Source of the DNA: Camelus ferus
Taxonomy: Eukaryota
DNA length: 64,000 bases
Assembly: GCF_009834535.1 (NCBI RefSeq)
Contig: NC_045697.1
Location: forward strand, 100,132,001 to 100,196,000
Direction of reading: 5' to 3'
The notes beneath the pieces are model-generated. The model made no database searches. It saw nothing but the letters and a program-made list of their open reading frames with translations, and was not told where the DNA came from. Positions 13,500 to 25,868 of this stretch are shown here, in pieces. A program made the translations under genes and the position numbers. Every line of letters starts with the position of its first letter. The stretch's first letter is position 1.

Positions 13500-14052
13500 T
13501 ATTTTTGTTACACAATTTTTTCTTCCCCATTGTAGGCTACTACAAGGTATTAAATAGAGTTCCCTGTGCTACACAGAAGGACCTCGCTGTTAATCTATTT
13601 TATGGATAGTAGTTTGTACATGCCAATCTTAAACTTCTGATTTATCCCTCCCCCTGCCCCTTTCCCCTTTGGTAACCGTAAGTTTGTTTTCTATGTCTGC
13701 GGGTCTGTTTCTGTTTTGTAAATAAATTCACTTGTTTCATATTTTGGATTCCACATGTAAGTGATATCATATGGTATTTGTCTTGTTCTGACTTATTTCA
13801 CTTAGTATAATAATCTCTAGGTCCATCCAGGTTGCTGCAAATGGCATTATTTCATTCTTTTTTATGGCTGAGTAATATTTCATTATATATATGTATGTAT
13901 GTGTGTGTATATATATATGTATACACACACACCCACACACATACATACATATGCATACCACATCTTCTTTATCCAGTCATCTATTGATGGACACTTAGGT
14001 TGCTTCCGTGCCTTGGCTATTGTACATAGTGCTGCTATGAACATTGGGGTGT
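13500..14052 (-). mobile_element. L1 3' fragment (ORF2 C-terminus and 3'UTR) with internal (TA/CA)n
   Basis: ORF 13767-13961 contains YYSAIKKNEIMPFAATWMDLEIIILSE, the L1 ORF2p C-terminus. Confidence 0.92.
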
Positions 14053-14293
14053 ACTACTACACTTACTTTTTAACTTCTCATATTTTCTATCCAACTCCTT
14101 CACCGTCCTCTTGTATGCATTTTATAAACTGCTTTAAATTATTTTTAATAATGATGGGTATAATAACTGAGGCTTATGGGAGAAGTATTAGCATGTATCC
14201 CCTTCTCATCCTTCCTTCTCTTCTACCCTGACTGCTAGAAAAGTCAGGAAGGTCTTTGACTAGCTCCTCATCAAAAAGAAAAGAGGCTGGTAC

Positions 14294-14365
14294 CTTGTCG
14301 CCCTTCTTGATGGTCCTGACCTGGAGCTTGCTGATGGCTTTTTTTGCTGCATCTCCCAGCCGGCG
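14294..14365 (-). CDS. RNF150: RNF150 coding exon (equivalent to exon 3): basic juxtamembrane linker
   Basis: Translates RRLGDAAKKAISKLQVRTIKKGDK. Acceptor ttttttcag|, donor AAG|gtacca, 72 nt, phase 0 to 0, continues the frame of the previous exon. Confidence 0.96.
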
Positions 14366-15409
14366 CTGAAAAAACAAAAGCCGCTTGTTAGTAATACAGA
14401 TGTGTAATCTTTGACTTTGTGTCTGACGGCATTCAGTGCACCAGGGCAGCTATCTTTCAGGTCATGCACAAGTGGCATGAATGCTAATGAAGATGGCTGG
14501 GAGAGACGGGGCAGAGCTATCTGTGTACTCTGGCTCTACTCATCGCGGCCTGTTAAAGAGCTCTGTCATCAAGAGAAGCTCTTCATGCCTGATGCTGAGC
14601 GGGTGGAATATGACATGGAAAGATCCTGCCATACTGTGACTCCAGCGCAGGTCACATCGATGAAGACTAGCATTAAAAAAAAAAAAGGTTCATAATTGGC
14701 CACTGTAGTCACTCAGTTTGTGACGTGGAGACAGCCAATCTGGAGTAGTTGGAATAATCTTTATCTCCTCTTTTTCACAATCAGGGTTTATTGCTTGTGT
14801 ATTCCTTTCAATTTGGAATTTTAACACTTTCCCTTGCTATATAAGCAAAGGTGTGTAGAAGCCTTAACCTAGGCTTCTATTTGGTGTGTACTATCCTATT
14901 CTGTCACCTTCTTACATGTCAACTTCACCTCCTTCCTGTGTGAGTGTGCACATAGGGAAATATATAAACATACACATTCAGTTTGCAAATAATTACAAAG
15001 CAAACACCTGGGTAACACCATCACCCATGTCAAGAAACAATATATTTTTGCACTTCTTTTTTTGATAGAGAAAGTTACTATCCTAATGAGCCTTGCAGCA
15101 ATGCAATGACAGGATAAGGAGGAAGAGTGGGAGAGGGAGGGGGTGGGAAAGAATTACGTTTTAATTTGTCAATGAGAAAAATGGTTCGCTCGTGTGCTAG
15201 TGAGTTTTCCACATGTTGTAATCTTCTTCTTCAGTATATGTACTTCTAGTCTGTAATGGATGTGTATTTGCAGCAGTGAAATGTATATGAAGGACTAAGA
15301 TAAATGAGGCAAACCTTTAAACAGAATTATCATTTGCTTTCACTAACTTTGTTCCTTTTGTAAGTAACATTCAAGCTTCTTTCTTCTCTTTAAAACAGTG
15401 AGCATATAT

Positions 15410-15625
15410 TAATGAACAGTTAACATGTCCCAAGTACCATGCTAAAGCTTTACATGCAATATCACCTCTATCCTTCAACAACATTATAAGAAAAATACTA
15501 TTTTATAGAATAAGTTGAGACTTACAGAGCTTAAGTAAATTATTTAATATCATAGACTTAGTGATAGGTCAGTCAAAATCTGAATAAAATTTAGTCTGAC
15601 TTTAAAGCCAAAGCTAAACTACTAT
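15410..15625 (-). mobile_element. MIR remnant
   Basis: Degenerate MIR core (ttttatagaataagttgagacttacagagcttaagtaa). Confidence 0.55.
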
Positions 15626-15639
15626 TCTCAGTTTTCACC

Positions 15640-15820
15640 AATCATCCAACCAACCAGTCAGTCAGCCAATCACTAAACATCTACCCAGTCAGCCAGCCAG
15701 CTAGCCAGTCAACCTATTAACCAGCTAGCTAACCAACCAATGTTTAGCCAGCCAGCCAGTCAATCAGCCTTTCAGCCAACCAGCCAAGCAGCCAACCAGC
15801 GAGCTGACCAACCAATCAAA
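15640..15820. repeat. Degenerate tetranucleotide array (CAAC/CAGC/CAGT)n
   Basis: About 180 bp of period-4 repeats, directly visible. Confidence 0.85.
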
Positions 15821-16379
15821 ATCTATGAAGTACCCACCAGGCGGCACTTCCCTAAGCAGATCACAGTTAAAGCAAATAGGTAGAAGAGGAGATGTTCCCC
15901 TCGTTAATTCATTTTTCTCTTTGATATTTTATCCTTAGTTTTTAAAATAATTACTGGCATTTTTTCCAGAAAAGTAAGCTTTGGTTGTTTGCTAGAAGGA
16001 GACCTATATACACCGAGACTTACGCAGAAGTCCATGAGTAGTGAGTGAACCAAGGTAGCAGAAAAGATGGGAAGAGTCTATAGTGATAAATACCAAGGGG
16101 GAGCATCGAGTGAGAGGAAACGGAAAGAACCGAGGTGAAACTGAACAGGACGTAACTCTCTTTCCTCTCCTCTTCCTCTAGCTGGTGCCGAACCATCCTT
16201 TGGTCTCAACCCAAGCCACCTCCTCAGGAAGCTCTTCCTTCTTCTGGGAGAGAAGACCCCTCAAGTCTAGATCCTCAAAGCACCTCGTTCCCTTTGCTTT
16301 GGCCCCAGAGAGACTGGGGCACAAGGCCGCATTAGCATAGACCAGGCTGTCTTCAGGCTTCTTCTGGACACCCATGTCC

Positions 16380-16620
16380 GAGGGCAGCCACCCTGTCGCG
16401 ATCATTTAAACGGCATCTCTCTACCGATGACTCCCGTATTTCCACCTCCAGTTCTTCTCTCCCGACCTCCCGACTTGTGTACTGAGCTACCTACCTGGCA
16501 TCTCTGTTTAAGTAACCAACAGGCTTCTAAAATTTAATATCTCCACACTGAAATGCTGGCTTCCCCAGCCCCTCTGGATCTCATCTTCTGTTTTTCCCAT
16601 TTCAGTTAACGCTGCAGGAA
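16380..16620 (+). mobile_element. L2 fragment
   Basis: gatgactcccgtatttccacctccagt...aaatttaatatctccacactgaa resembles the L2 ORF2 3' region. Confidence 0.6.
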
Positions 16621-19462
16621 TGGACCTAACTGCACCCTCGATTCTCCTCCCCTCACGTATGGTAACCACAGGAGAATGATCTAAACTGGAACACTTGTGA
16701 ATAAAATGTGGGTTATTCATAATTAGGCTGGCACATCAGGTATAAACTAGGATCTATTCTTTATGTTCTACATATAATCCATAGAGTTTTGAAGTATTGC
16801 CCTAATCTGACACCCCCCGGCTTCTCCACTTCCATCACTCAACTCCAAACCCATCGCCTGCCATCTTGACCACCGTACCGCCCTCCAAGTGGGCTCATAT
16901 CTATCTTTACAAGACTGCCTATTGGTGCCACTACAATGTATGCTACGTGAAGGCACAGTCCTTGGGTATGCAATAAATGTAGAAAGGAACTTTTCTTATT
17001 TGTAGACACAGAAACTTCTGGAAGCACTCAAAGGGAACTGCTAAGAGTTGTTGCCTCTGGGGAGAGCTGGAGGAAGCAGAGTTGACAAAAAGAGTCTGAG
17101 GGGGAAGAATACTTACTTTTAAATAAACACTCTTCCATTTTGTCTTTTTTTTTTTTACAGTGTGCATGCACTGTTACTGTCAATTAAAACACACTGCTGC
17201 ATGGAAAATTATTCTCCAAGAATAGTAGGTTCTTTTTCCCTAGTCTACATATAGAGTTTTATAGTCTTCTCCCATAACTCTGGAAAAGAACCCCATTTTG
17301 TTTCAAAGCGTGTCACCTGGGCTATACAGCCGTGGACTTAACTATATGTGAGTTATATAAGAACTGGACTATTTATATTTTGGGGAGAAATACTATTTTC
17401 TAAGAATTGCTTTATCCACAAAAGACAGTCCAGTTAACCACTCTCTGATAACCTGTCACACGTGTTTTCTCATTTGGTCTTTGCATCAAGTCTATGGGGT
17501 GACTTTTGATCATTCCCACCCTACCTGTGAGGAAATCTGGGCATAGGAAGGTGAGGCCCGCACAAGATCATGCCACTAGGAATGGCCAGAGCAAAACTTG
17601 GAATCCAGATCTGTCTGATTCGAAAGCTGTGTCTTTAACTATTACCTGGGCACCGGCGCTGTCTCAGTATAGTTGTTTTAGGAAACACAACACACCAGCC
17701 AAATCTCCCTCTCCACTTTGAGTGGGAGCTCTTAATCTCCCTGTCATCATCTAAAAGACCTTGCTGTGAGGTTACTAAGGTAAAGAACATCTAGCAAATC
17801 TTACTCCGTGGGACACTGCATTGAAATGATCTACTCCAGGCCCAGTGTGACATGGAAGGCCCTGGACGATGACGGTGGCTCCCCTCTAAGTGTGATCTGC
17901 GCAGAGCTGAGCAGAGACTGAGGCGCTCTTCTGGCTAATTCAGGTTCAGTCCTTCTGTCATGTATCTGAATGGTTAGGCACTTCACCAAGGTGACATTCA
18001 TGCCTTTGACATTCCATTACAGGCGGTGAGCCTACATCTAACCCCAGAGTCACTCTTTCTGAAGGACCAATAATGTTTAATAAAAACAAATGACTTCGGT
18101 TAACCTGATGCCTACAAGTGCTATAGCTTTTACAGCTGAACTTCCTGTTGAATGAAATGAAGCACTGCCCATCAAAAGAGAAGTGTTTTTACAAGGGAAA
18201 TTACATGTTCTGTTTCATTCATAAAAGGGCTAAAGTATGGTGTCTGTTTTGATCAAGAAGCAATGCTAATTTTAGCATGCTCCAAATTCACTGACTGACC
18301 AGGAAAGTTAATAAAATGGGAGCAAAACCTTACACCCCATGAACCACTTTCATTCAACTTCTAATTTACTTTTCACACACATTACAGAGTACGCACATGC
18401 CGAGACAGAAATGTGATGTATATTACCTGCACAAAATGAACTCGCAATTGAAAGAGTTACTCAACTAATTCAAGCCTAAAATTTCATCCTTGCCTCAATT
18501 TTCAATGATGGCTTGGATTATCTGTAGACTCAAGGGAGACAGGGATACCATTTCTATTTATCGTTGTTGGGTCAGCTGGGTAAGTATCTTGGCAATAACT
18601 GATTTACATACATATGGTTTCTCCAAATGGACCCCTTAGGAACCAGTGGAACTGAACATATTAGTTCTATATCTAGTTTCAGTGTCTTGTGTCTAACTGG
18701 TAACGTCCATTTAAATTCCAGAATATTTAATAACAGTGGCAAAGTTGGAAGTGTACATGATTGTTATGGAATCTTTATGACAGTAGTAACAGATACTATT
18801 CATTGAGAGCTTTATAAGTGATCAATCACGTTCAGGGGCTTTAAAATATAAGATACACTAAGCCATTTAGTCCTCTCTATAACTATACAAAGAAGGTATA
18901 TTCCCATTTTGTTTAGAAAACTAAAGCATAAAGTAACTTGCCCAGTTGGTAAGTGGAACCTGACTGCTATGTAGCCAGTAAAAGTCATGTTTCAAAAATT
19001 ATTTAATGATGGGGGGAAACGCTCATCATTAAATAAAAAAAAGTACACAAACTTAAATGTTTTACATATGTGTTTATCTCATGCATATATACACAATATA
19101 TGACAATTTACTGAATATATAGAGAGGGTTAAAAAGTCTGAAAGGTTATGCACCCAATTGTTAGCACCTCAGTAGGGTGATGGGTGATTTGTCTTCTATT
19201 TTAGTATTTTCCTATGATTGTCAAAATTTATTAGAATATGCAGGTATCATTTTAAGAGTCAGAAAAAGCAATAAAAATGTTTAAAAAAAATAGTTCCAGA
19301 AGCTATAGAAAATTTAAACAGACCGACTGCCATAAAATGAATTAAAAAAGTCAAAGAGCTGTTCTCCTAAAACAAACAACTTAGACCTTATTGGCTTACA
19401 AAAACAATCTTTAATACTTCAAAGATCGGCTAATTCCAGTGCTGTTTAAAATGCTTTAGAGC

Positions 19463-19628
19463 TGAGCTGTTTGATAGGACTTTCTGGGATGATAAAAACG
19501 TCCTATACATGCACCACCATATAGTAGCCACTTGAAATGCAGCTAGTATGATGGAATTTTAAATTTTATTTTATTACAACTCATTTAAATAGTCACACAT
19601 GGCTAGTGACTACCAAGTTAGATACAAC
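19463..19628. mobile_element. MER3-like hAT-Charlie non-autonomous element
   Basis: actttctgggatgataaaaacgtccta...cacatggctagtgactacc motifs. Confidence 0.75.
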
Positions 19629-20267
19629 TCTAGACTACAGAAAATGGGAAGAAAATTTGTAAATTCTTCTGATATAGCCAGTGTAACTATTATCTAAACA
19701 TGATAAAAATGTAAATGATGGACAAGTTTCACATGTGAATATCAAGGTAAAAAATAACTACTATACTAAATGCAATCTGAACAAAACAATACAGCGCACA
19801 TTAGAGGATTAGGATGTGCTGGAAATTCAGGATGGTTCAACATTAGGAAATCCATTCATTTAAACCACTCCTGTTAATAGGTCAAAAGAGAAAAGCCAGA
19901 CTATAGCTGCTAAAAAGGCATTTGTTATAATTAAAAATACATTCTTGATTAAAACTCTGAACAAAAAAGGACTTTACATTACATGTTAAAAATATAGCTC
20001 AACCTAGGAGGCTACATGGAGAACGAATAAAATAATGGAGACATGATAAAAATAACCCATTAAATTCAGACTGCTCCCATTCAATCGTGAATGAAGGGTA
20101 GTATGATCGCTGCTGCCACTGTTACTTTAATTGAGTTTGGAGGCACAAGTCAGTGAAATTAGACAACAGGAAAAAAAAAAATAGGAGGTTTAAAATCTGA
20201 AAGAAGTAAACTATCAATGACTGTGCATATTATTAGTGTCATCCTGATAAGCAATCACAAATATTAC

Positions 20268-20460
20268 AGCGTAGTGGTTAAGAGCATACACTCTAAAGCC
20301 TTGATGTTGGTTCAATTGCTGGCACTATTCGTAACTAGCTGTGTGACCTTGGCAAGTTATTTAACCTCTCTGTTTCCTCCTCTGTAAAACAGAGACAATA
20401 AAATTACCTACTGTAAGGTAATTAAGAGGATTAAGTATGTAAATATATAGAGAGTCCTTA
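20268..20460 (+). mobile_element. MIR
   Basis: agcgtagtggttaagagc...gctgtgtgaccttggcaagttatttaacctctctgtttcctc. Confidence 0.85.
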
Positions 20461-21439
20461 CAACACACCTGTATATACTATATACTATATAATATTACTG
20501 CTATTAATAAGATAATTTTAAATGATAATAAATTATAAATATACAAATTATTAAATTATAATAATATAAAAATAAACATAAAAACCAAAAGCCTTCTTAT
20601 ATGAAAAAGGAGATTCCATTTATAATAGCAACACAATGACCTAGGAATAAACATAAAAATACTGTGCAAGATTAAACAAGGACATTTAAAAACGCTATTA
20701 GGGAATAAAAGGAAGAGCTGAATAAAGGGGAAACATATACTGTATTTGAAAAGGAAGATTCAGTATAATAAGATTATAAACTCCTTCTAAATTATTCTAT
20801 AAATTAGAAAACTAGTTAAAAGTGATTCTAAATTCATATAAAGAAAAACATGAAAAAAAGTAAAGATAGAGCAATAAAAGATGATGAGCACCAACAGATA
20901 TGAGACATATTATGGTGCTAAAATATTCAGAGAAGTGTGGTACTGGAATCTGAATAGACAGATTAAAGCTACATTTTAGAGAGCACAGGAATAGAACCAA
21001 ATACATATGGGTCTCTAATACATGCTAAATGAGGGTTCTGCATATGAAAGGGAAAAGATTAATTATTCAATAAATACCAGTTACAAAAACTGGTAGGCAA
21101 TCTGAGAAAAAAAAAAGTGTTAGCTCTGTACTTTATTCTCTACCCTGAAATAAATTCTCGGTAGATTAAAGTTTTAACCATAAACATGAAATTTAAAAAG
21201 TAGTGGATGAAAGCATGAGAGACTGTTTTTCTATAGTCTTGGCCTATAGAAGCTCTTATTATATAAAACTTGGGAGCTATAAAAAATTGATAAATTCAGT
21301 TATGTAAAACTCCAAAAGTTCTGCCTGGCAAAAAGCACCAACGATAAATCAAAGACAATGACAAGTTGGAAGGAAAATAAATTGAATATATAGGATTCAC
21401 ATAAAAAGGGTTAACTGATTTGACTAGTAAAGAGCTTAT

Positions 21440-21754
21440 TTACAAAACAGAAACAGACTCACAGACTGTAGAAAACAAACTTATGGTTACAAGGAGTGGG
21501 AGGGGGTGGGAAGGGATAAAACGGGAGTTTGAGATTTGCAGATACTAACTACTGTATATAAAATAGATAAACACGTTCATACTGTATAGCACAGGGAACT
21601 ATATGCAATATCTTGTGATAACTTATGGTGAAAAAGAATATGAAAACGAATATATGTATGTTCATGTATGACTGAAGCACTGTGCTGTACACCAGAAATT
21701 GACACAACACTGTAAACTGACTATCCTTCAATAAAAAATACATATATACCAAAA
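21440..21754 (+). mobile_element. Young 5'-truncated L1 3'UTR with TSD
   Basis: Perfect 11-bp TSD aaagagcttat at 21429-21439 and 21755-21765, with AATAAA and a short A tail. Confidence 0.92.
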
Positions 21755-22339
21755 AAAGAGCTTATACACATCAATAAAATGTGACCAACAACTCAACTGA
21801 GGTGGTCTAATAATATAAGCAGATAATTCATAGGAAAACATTAACTTTTTCTACATTACTTGAAGAGATGATGAATGTTCCTTTTGATAAGAAAAACATG
21901 ATACCATTTTTAACATTAAATCACATACAATAAAAAGGTGTAACATTCATTTGGTGGGGATGTGGGGAAACAGTGTGTGTTTGTTATTAGCATACTGTCT
22001 GTATTAGTACAAGCAGTATTAAATTAATATACTAATAGACAAATGTTTATATTAGTGTAAACAGTATTACTATATTGTTACTTAATGTATAAATTGGTTC
22101 AACCTTTTGGGCAGACAATCTGCCAGTATCTATTGCAGTTTAAAATACACATCCCATTGCCCTAGCTATAAAACTGCCAAAATATACCATACAGATATAT
22201 TTACAAATGTGCTTAGTGTCACATGTACATGCTTGTGTGTGTATGTTTTGTTTTGTTTTGTTTTCTGATAAAAGAAAACATGTCCATCAACAGAAGCTGG
22301 CTGAATAACTGTGGTCTATGCAGAAAATAAAACTTTATA

Positions 22340-22810
22340 CAGGCATACCTCGTTTTACTGTGCTTTGCGGATGTGGGATTTTTACAGATTGAAAGTTTGT
22401 GGCAATCCTGCATCGAGCAAGTCTATTGTGTCATTTTTCCAACATCATTTGCTCACTTCCTGTCTCTGTGTCACATTTCAGTAATTCTTACAATACCTTT
22501 AACTTTTTCATTATTACTATATTTGTCATGGTGATATGTGATCAGTGATTGTTGATGTTATTACTGCAAAAGATTACACTTGGCTGAAAGCTCAGATAAT
22601 GGTTAGCATTTTTTAGTAATATTTTAAAATTAAGGTATGTACATTTTTTTAGGCATAACGCTATTGCACACTTAACAGACTACGTATAGTGTAATGTAAC
22701 TTTTATATGCACTGGGACACCAAAAACTTCCTGTTCACTTGCTTTATTGAGGTATTTGCTTCATTGTGGTGGTCTGGAACCAAACCTGCAATATCTCTAA
22801 GGTCTACCTG
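22340..22810 (+). mobile_element. Tigger1-derived internally deleted DNA transposon
   Basis: TA-caggcatacctc ... aggtctacctg-TA terminal inverted repeats with TA duplication. Confidence 0.9.
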
Positions 22811-22930
22811 TACAGTCCTGAGAAATGAGAAAGCACCTTGCACTGAGTGTTGATAAGAGTTAATCTCCAAGAAGAAGTAAGAAATAACAGTACAGAGTTA
22901 CGTGTGCTATCATTTTATCATGTGTTTAAA

Positions 22931-22968
22931 CACAGACACAGACACAGACACAGACACACACACACACA
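22931..22968. repeat. (CACAGA)n(CA)n microsatellite
   Basis: Directly visible. Confidence 0.9.
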
Positions 22969-23524
22969 TGTATGTGTTTGTAAGCCCATAAAATACCCCT
23001 GGAAAAGAAGACATTCGAGGGGGAGGCACTACATCACTGGGGGACAGACATGGGAAGGCAGTTACTTTTCACTATACACTATTTCATACCTTTTGCATTT
23101 TATACTATGTGTATGTGTTGTCTCTTCCAAACTTCATTGCTTTTTAAAATACCTTTTATTTTTTGTCTCCTTCTGTTCACAAGGAGGAAACCCGGCTCTT
23201 TCCAAATTAGGTTGATGCTATTAGCATGATCTCAGCTCCCTTCCACTATCTCCCTTTATTTTGTGCCTAAACAAATAAATAATTACCTAAAAAATGAGCA
23301 TCAGGAATGTGGGACAAAGCACCACCATTCTAGAGAACCATGCTAGCAACACATCAAAAGATGTGTATTTGGAAAAGATCTGAAAAACTATATAGTAAAT
23401 GTTAACTGGGTTCATCTTGAGTGGGGCCTTGGTATTTTCTGTGATTTCTGAAGTTTACACGATAATATGTCTTACTTCTGTAATGAGTTTTATGTCTTTT
23501 CTTTTTAAACTTTTTGCTGCTCAC

Positions 23525-23775
23525 CTGGTTCCTGTCCCTGGCATTTGCATATCGAAACCTCTGGATATAATAGAAGACCAGCCACGCGAGGGAAATGATC
23601 ATCAGGACGATGAAGGAGATGGAGACGAACACGACGGAGGTGCGGCTGACGTATTTCTGCAGGTTCCGGGTTCCGATGGTGATGTACATCGTCACGGTGA
23701 TGTTTCGTTCCAGCAGGCTTACTATCTCCTTCCCTTTGGGCTCAGGAATCATGATTGCCACGATGTCTTCTACAC
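23525..23775 (-). CDS. RNF150: RNF150 coding exon (equivalent to exon 2): end of PA domain plus transmembrane helix
   Basis: Translates (G)[83 protein letters not shown], recognised as RNF150. Acceptor ...acaacag|GT, donor CAG|gtgagc, 251 nt, phase 1 to 0, CpG-rich relative to the introns. Confidence 0.97.
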
Positions 23776-24327
23776 CTGTTGTCAGAGGGGCAACAAGGGT
23801 CAGAGGATGAGAGAAAGGGAGAAAATCATAATAAAATGTCTGCACAAGGTGACATGCACCAAATAATGACACATCTTTTGATGACTGATTCTATGCCAGA
23901 CCACATAGCCAGTCTACTTCTCAGATCTAATAGCCAGAAAAGGAGTCGAACTTTCTCTTTCTTCAGTTACCTTGGGATACTGCTGTCTTGTATATGAGAA
24001 AAGAACCTAAAACAAATGTATGACTTTGGTACCAGCAAGGTCATGATCATGCCACTTTCTAGCTCTCTAAGGTGCTGCTGACCCTGGTCTAGTAAAGGTG
24101 GACCCTCCCCAACCAGCCCAGTTTACAGCTCTACGTTGCATTTCACAGATCCCTCCGTAGAGAGGCAAAGGCACTCGGTACCCCACGGCAAAGGATAAAA
24201 TGCCCTATTTTATGCCATCTGTCTTTCCCCCTCACAGATACTAGGAATACTCAATTACAGATTTCTATTAATCATTCCCAAGGCAGTTTCTCCTACAAAT
24301 GAGTACTAAAAACCACTCCAAAGTAGG

Positions 24328-24609
24328 TTTTTTTTTTTTAAATTAAGGTACGGTTGATTTACAATATTATACTCGTTTCAGGTGTACAGCATAGTGATTC
24401 AGCATTTTTACAGATTATACTCCACTATGAGTTAGTACAAGATGATGAGTATAATTCCCTGTGCTGTACAATATATCCTTGTTGCTTATCTATTTTATAC
24501 AAAGTAGTTTATACTTGTTAATCTCATACTCTTAATTTGCCCTTCCCCCTCTTCCCTCTCCCCGTTGGTAACCACACATTTGTTTTCTGTATCTGTGAGT
24601 CTGTTTCTG
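24328..24609 (-). mobile_element. L1 3'UTR fragment
   Basis: Poly(T) start, L1 3' motifs, and a decayed TSD (ccaaagtagg / ccaaagaagt). Confidence 0.88.
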
Positions 24610-25824
24610 CCAAAGAAGTCTTCTTAATGAGCTCTAAGACGACTTGCCAACATAAAATAATGGTTTCAGAAGTATCTTCTGCTTATTTTACCTAATTCAG
24701 TGTAAATAGCTTGTATCCTCATGCCAAGCAAAGGGAAGATGGAGACATGGAGACAGTATGGATAATTCCAGGACGGTTTTATCTCCGCTCTCAAATATTC
24801 TCACTACAAAGCCCCTGTTCTTGGACAGTTTGAGGCAAAAGTGGCACCTTTCTTGGGTCTGAGTTATCTGGGTCATTGTCCCTGTTCTTCACGACACTGT
24901 GAGGCACAGCCTTTTGGTGAGGAGTTCCAGTTCCTCCACAAGGGGTCTTTAGTAAGGATATGATATCAGCTCCAAATGAGCCAACTTGACATGCCATTGT
25001 GGCTGATTAGACTATAAGCCACTAGGACACTTCTCAGAGATCACTCCAATTCAAACGCACGCCTGCAATGTTCTTCATGGGCCCCACTTCCACACGAAAA
25101 CATCCTACTACTTGGGGTCACTACAAATTAGAGTGCAAATTTGCAATTAGGATGTTGTAGATTCTGGACAAAATTAAACACCTCTTTAGCTGCTTAAAGC
25201 TGGCCTTACTCCCATGCTGAGTCAGTCAGCAAGATGGAACTACCAGATTATATTTTTTCAAGGTGTTGCAAGTCTCTCAGAAGCTCCTTAGGGTTTTCAC
25301 TTGAACTTGACGTCTTATGTGGGTTTTCCATCCTAAATTCTTTGATGGTATTTCACTTACATTGAACAAATACTTTAAAAACTAACTAGATACAAAGTTG
25401 TCTGTGTACGTGCCATCAATTATATGATTTTAAAAATTCCTTAAACCTTTGCACTGGCCCAACTATAAAATCACAAAGCTACACAGTGTTTACACTTGGC
25501 TGTTATTTCTGGGAATTAATGAAACTGATGGCTTAGATTTCAACTGTGCAGAATTTACCGACAATTCTGATGCTTCTTCTCTTGTCGTGTTTACTTTGGC
25601 TAATGGCTACATGTGGGCTGAGGTTTTCTGAGGAATTAAGGCTGCTGGCAGGCTTTGTCTCTACATGATCTTCTTTGTATACTGGACTAATATGGCCTGG
25701 TGAGCCTCCTTCCAGTGCTCTAGCCATTTTATAGATATTTAGGTAGTGGTAGAATCTTAAGTTTTCACTTCATTCTTTTGTGTTTATATTTTTAAAGCAT
25801 ATCTATTCAAGGCTGCAGAATGAG

Positions 25825-25868
25825 GTTTTGTTTTGTTTTGTTTTGTTTGTTTTGTTTTGTTTGTTTTT
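25825..25868. repeat. (GTTTT)n microsatellite
   Basis: Directly visible. Confidence 0.9.

Larger units (their letters stand above)
19270..23130 (+). mobile_element. Ancient, heavily decayed L1M interrupted by younger insertions
   Basis: Collinear ORF2-like motifs (ggatggttcaacattaggaaatc, aaaaggcattt, ccatttataatagca, ttattcaataaat, aaattggttcaacctttt). Confidence 0.7.

Noticed and set aside
23399..23872. 155-aa plus-strand ORF and 156-aa minus-strand ORF as stand-alone genes
   Set aside because: The minus ORF is the RNF150 exon plus intron read-through, and the plus ORF is its antisense shadow.
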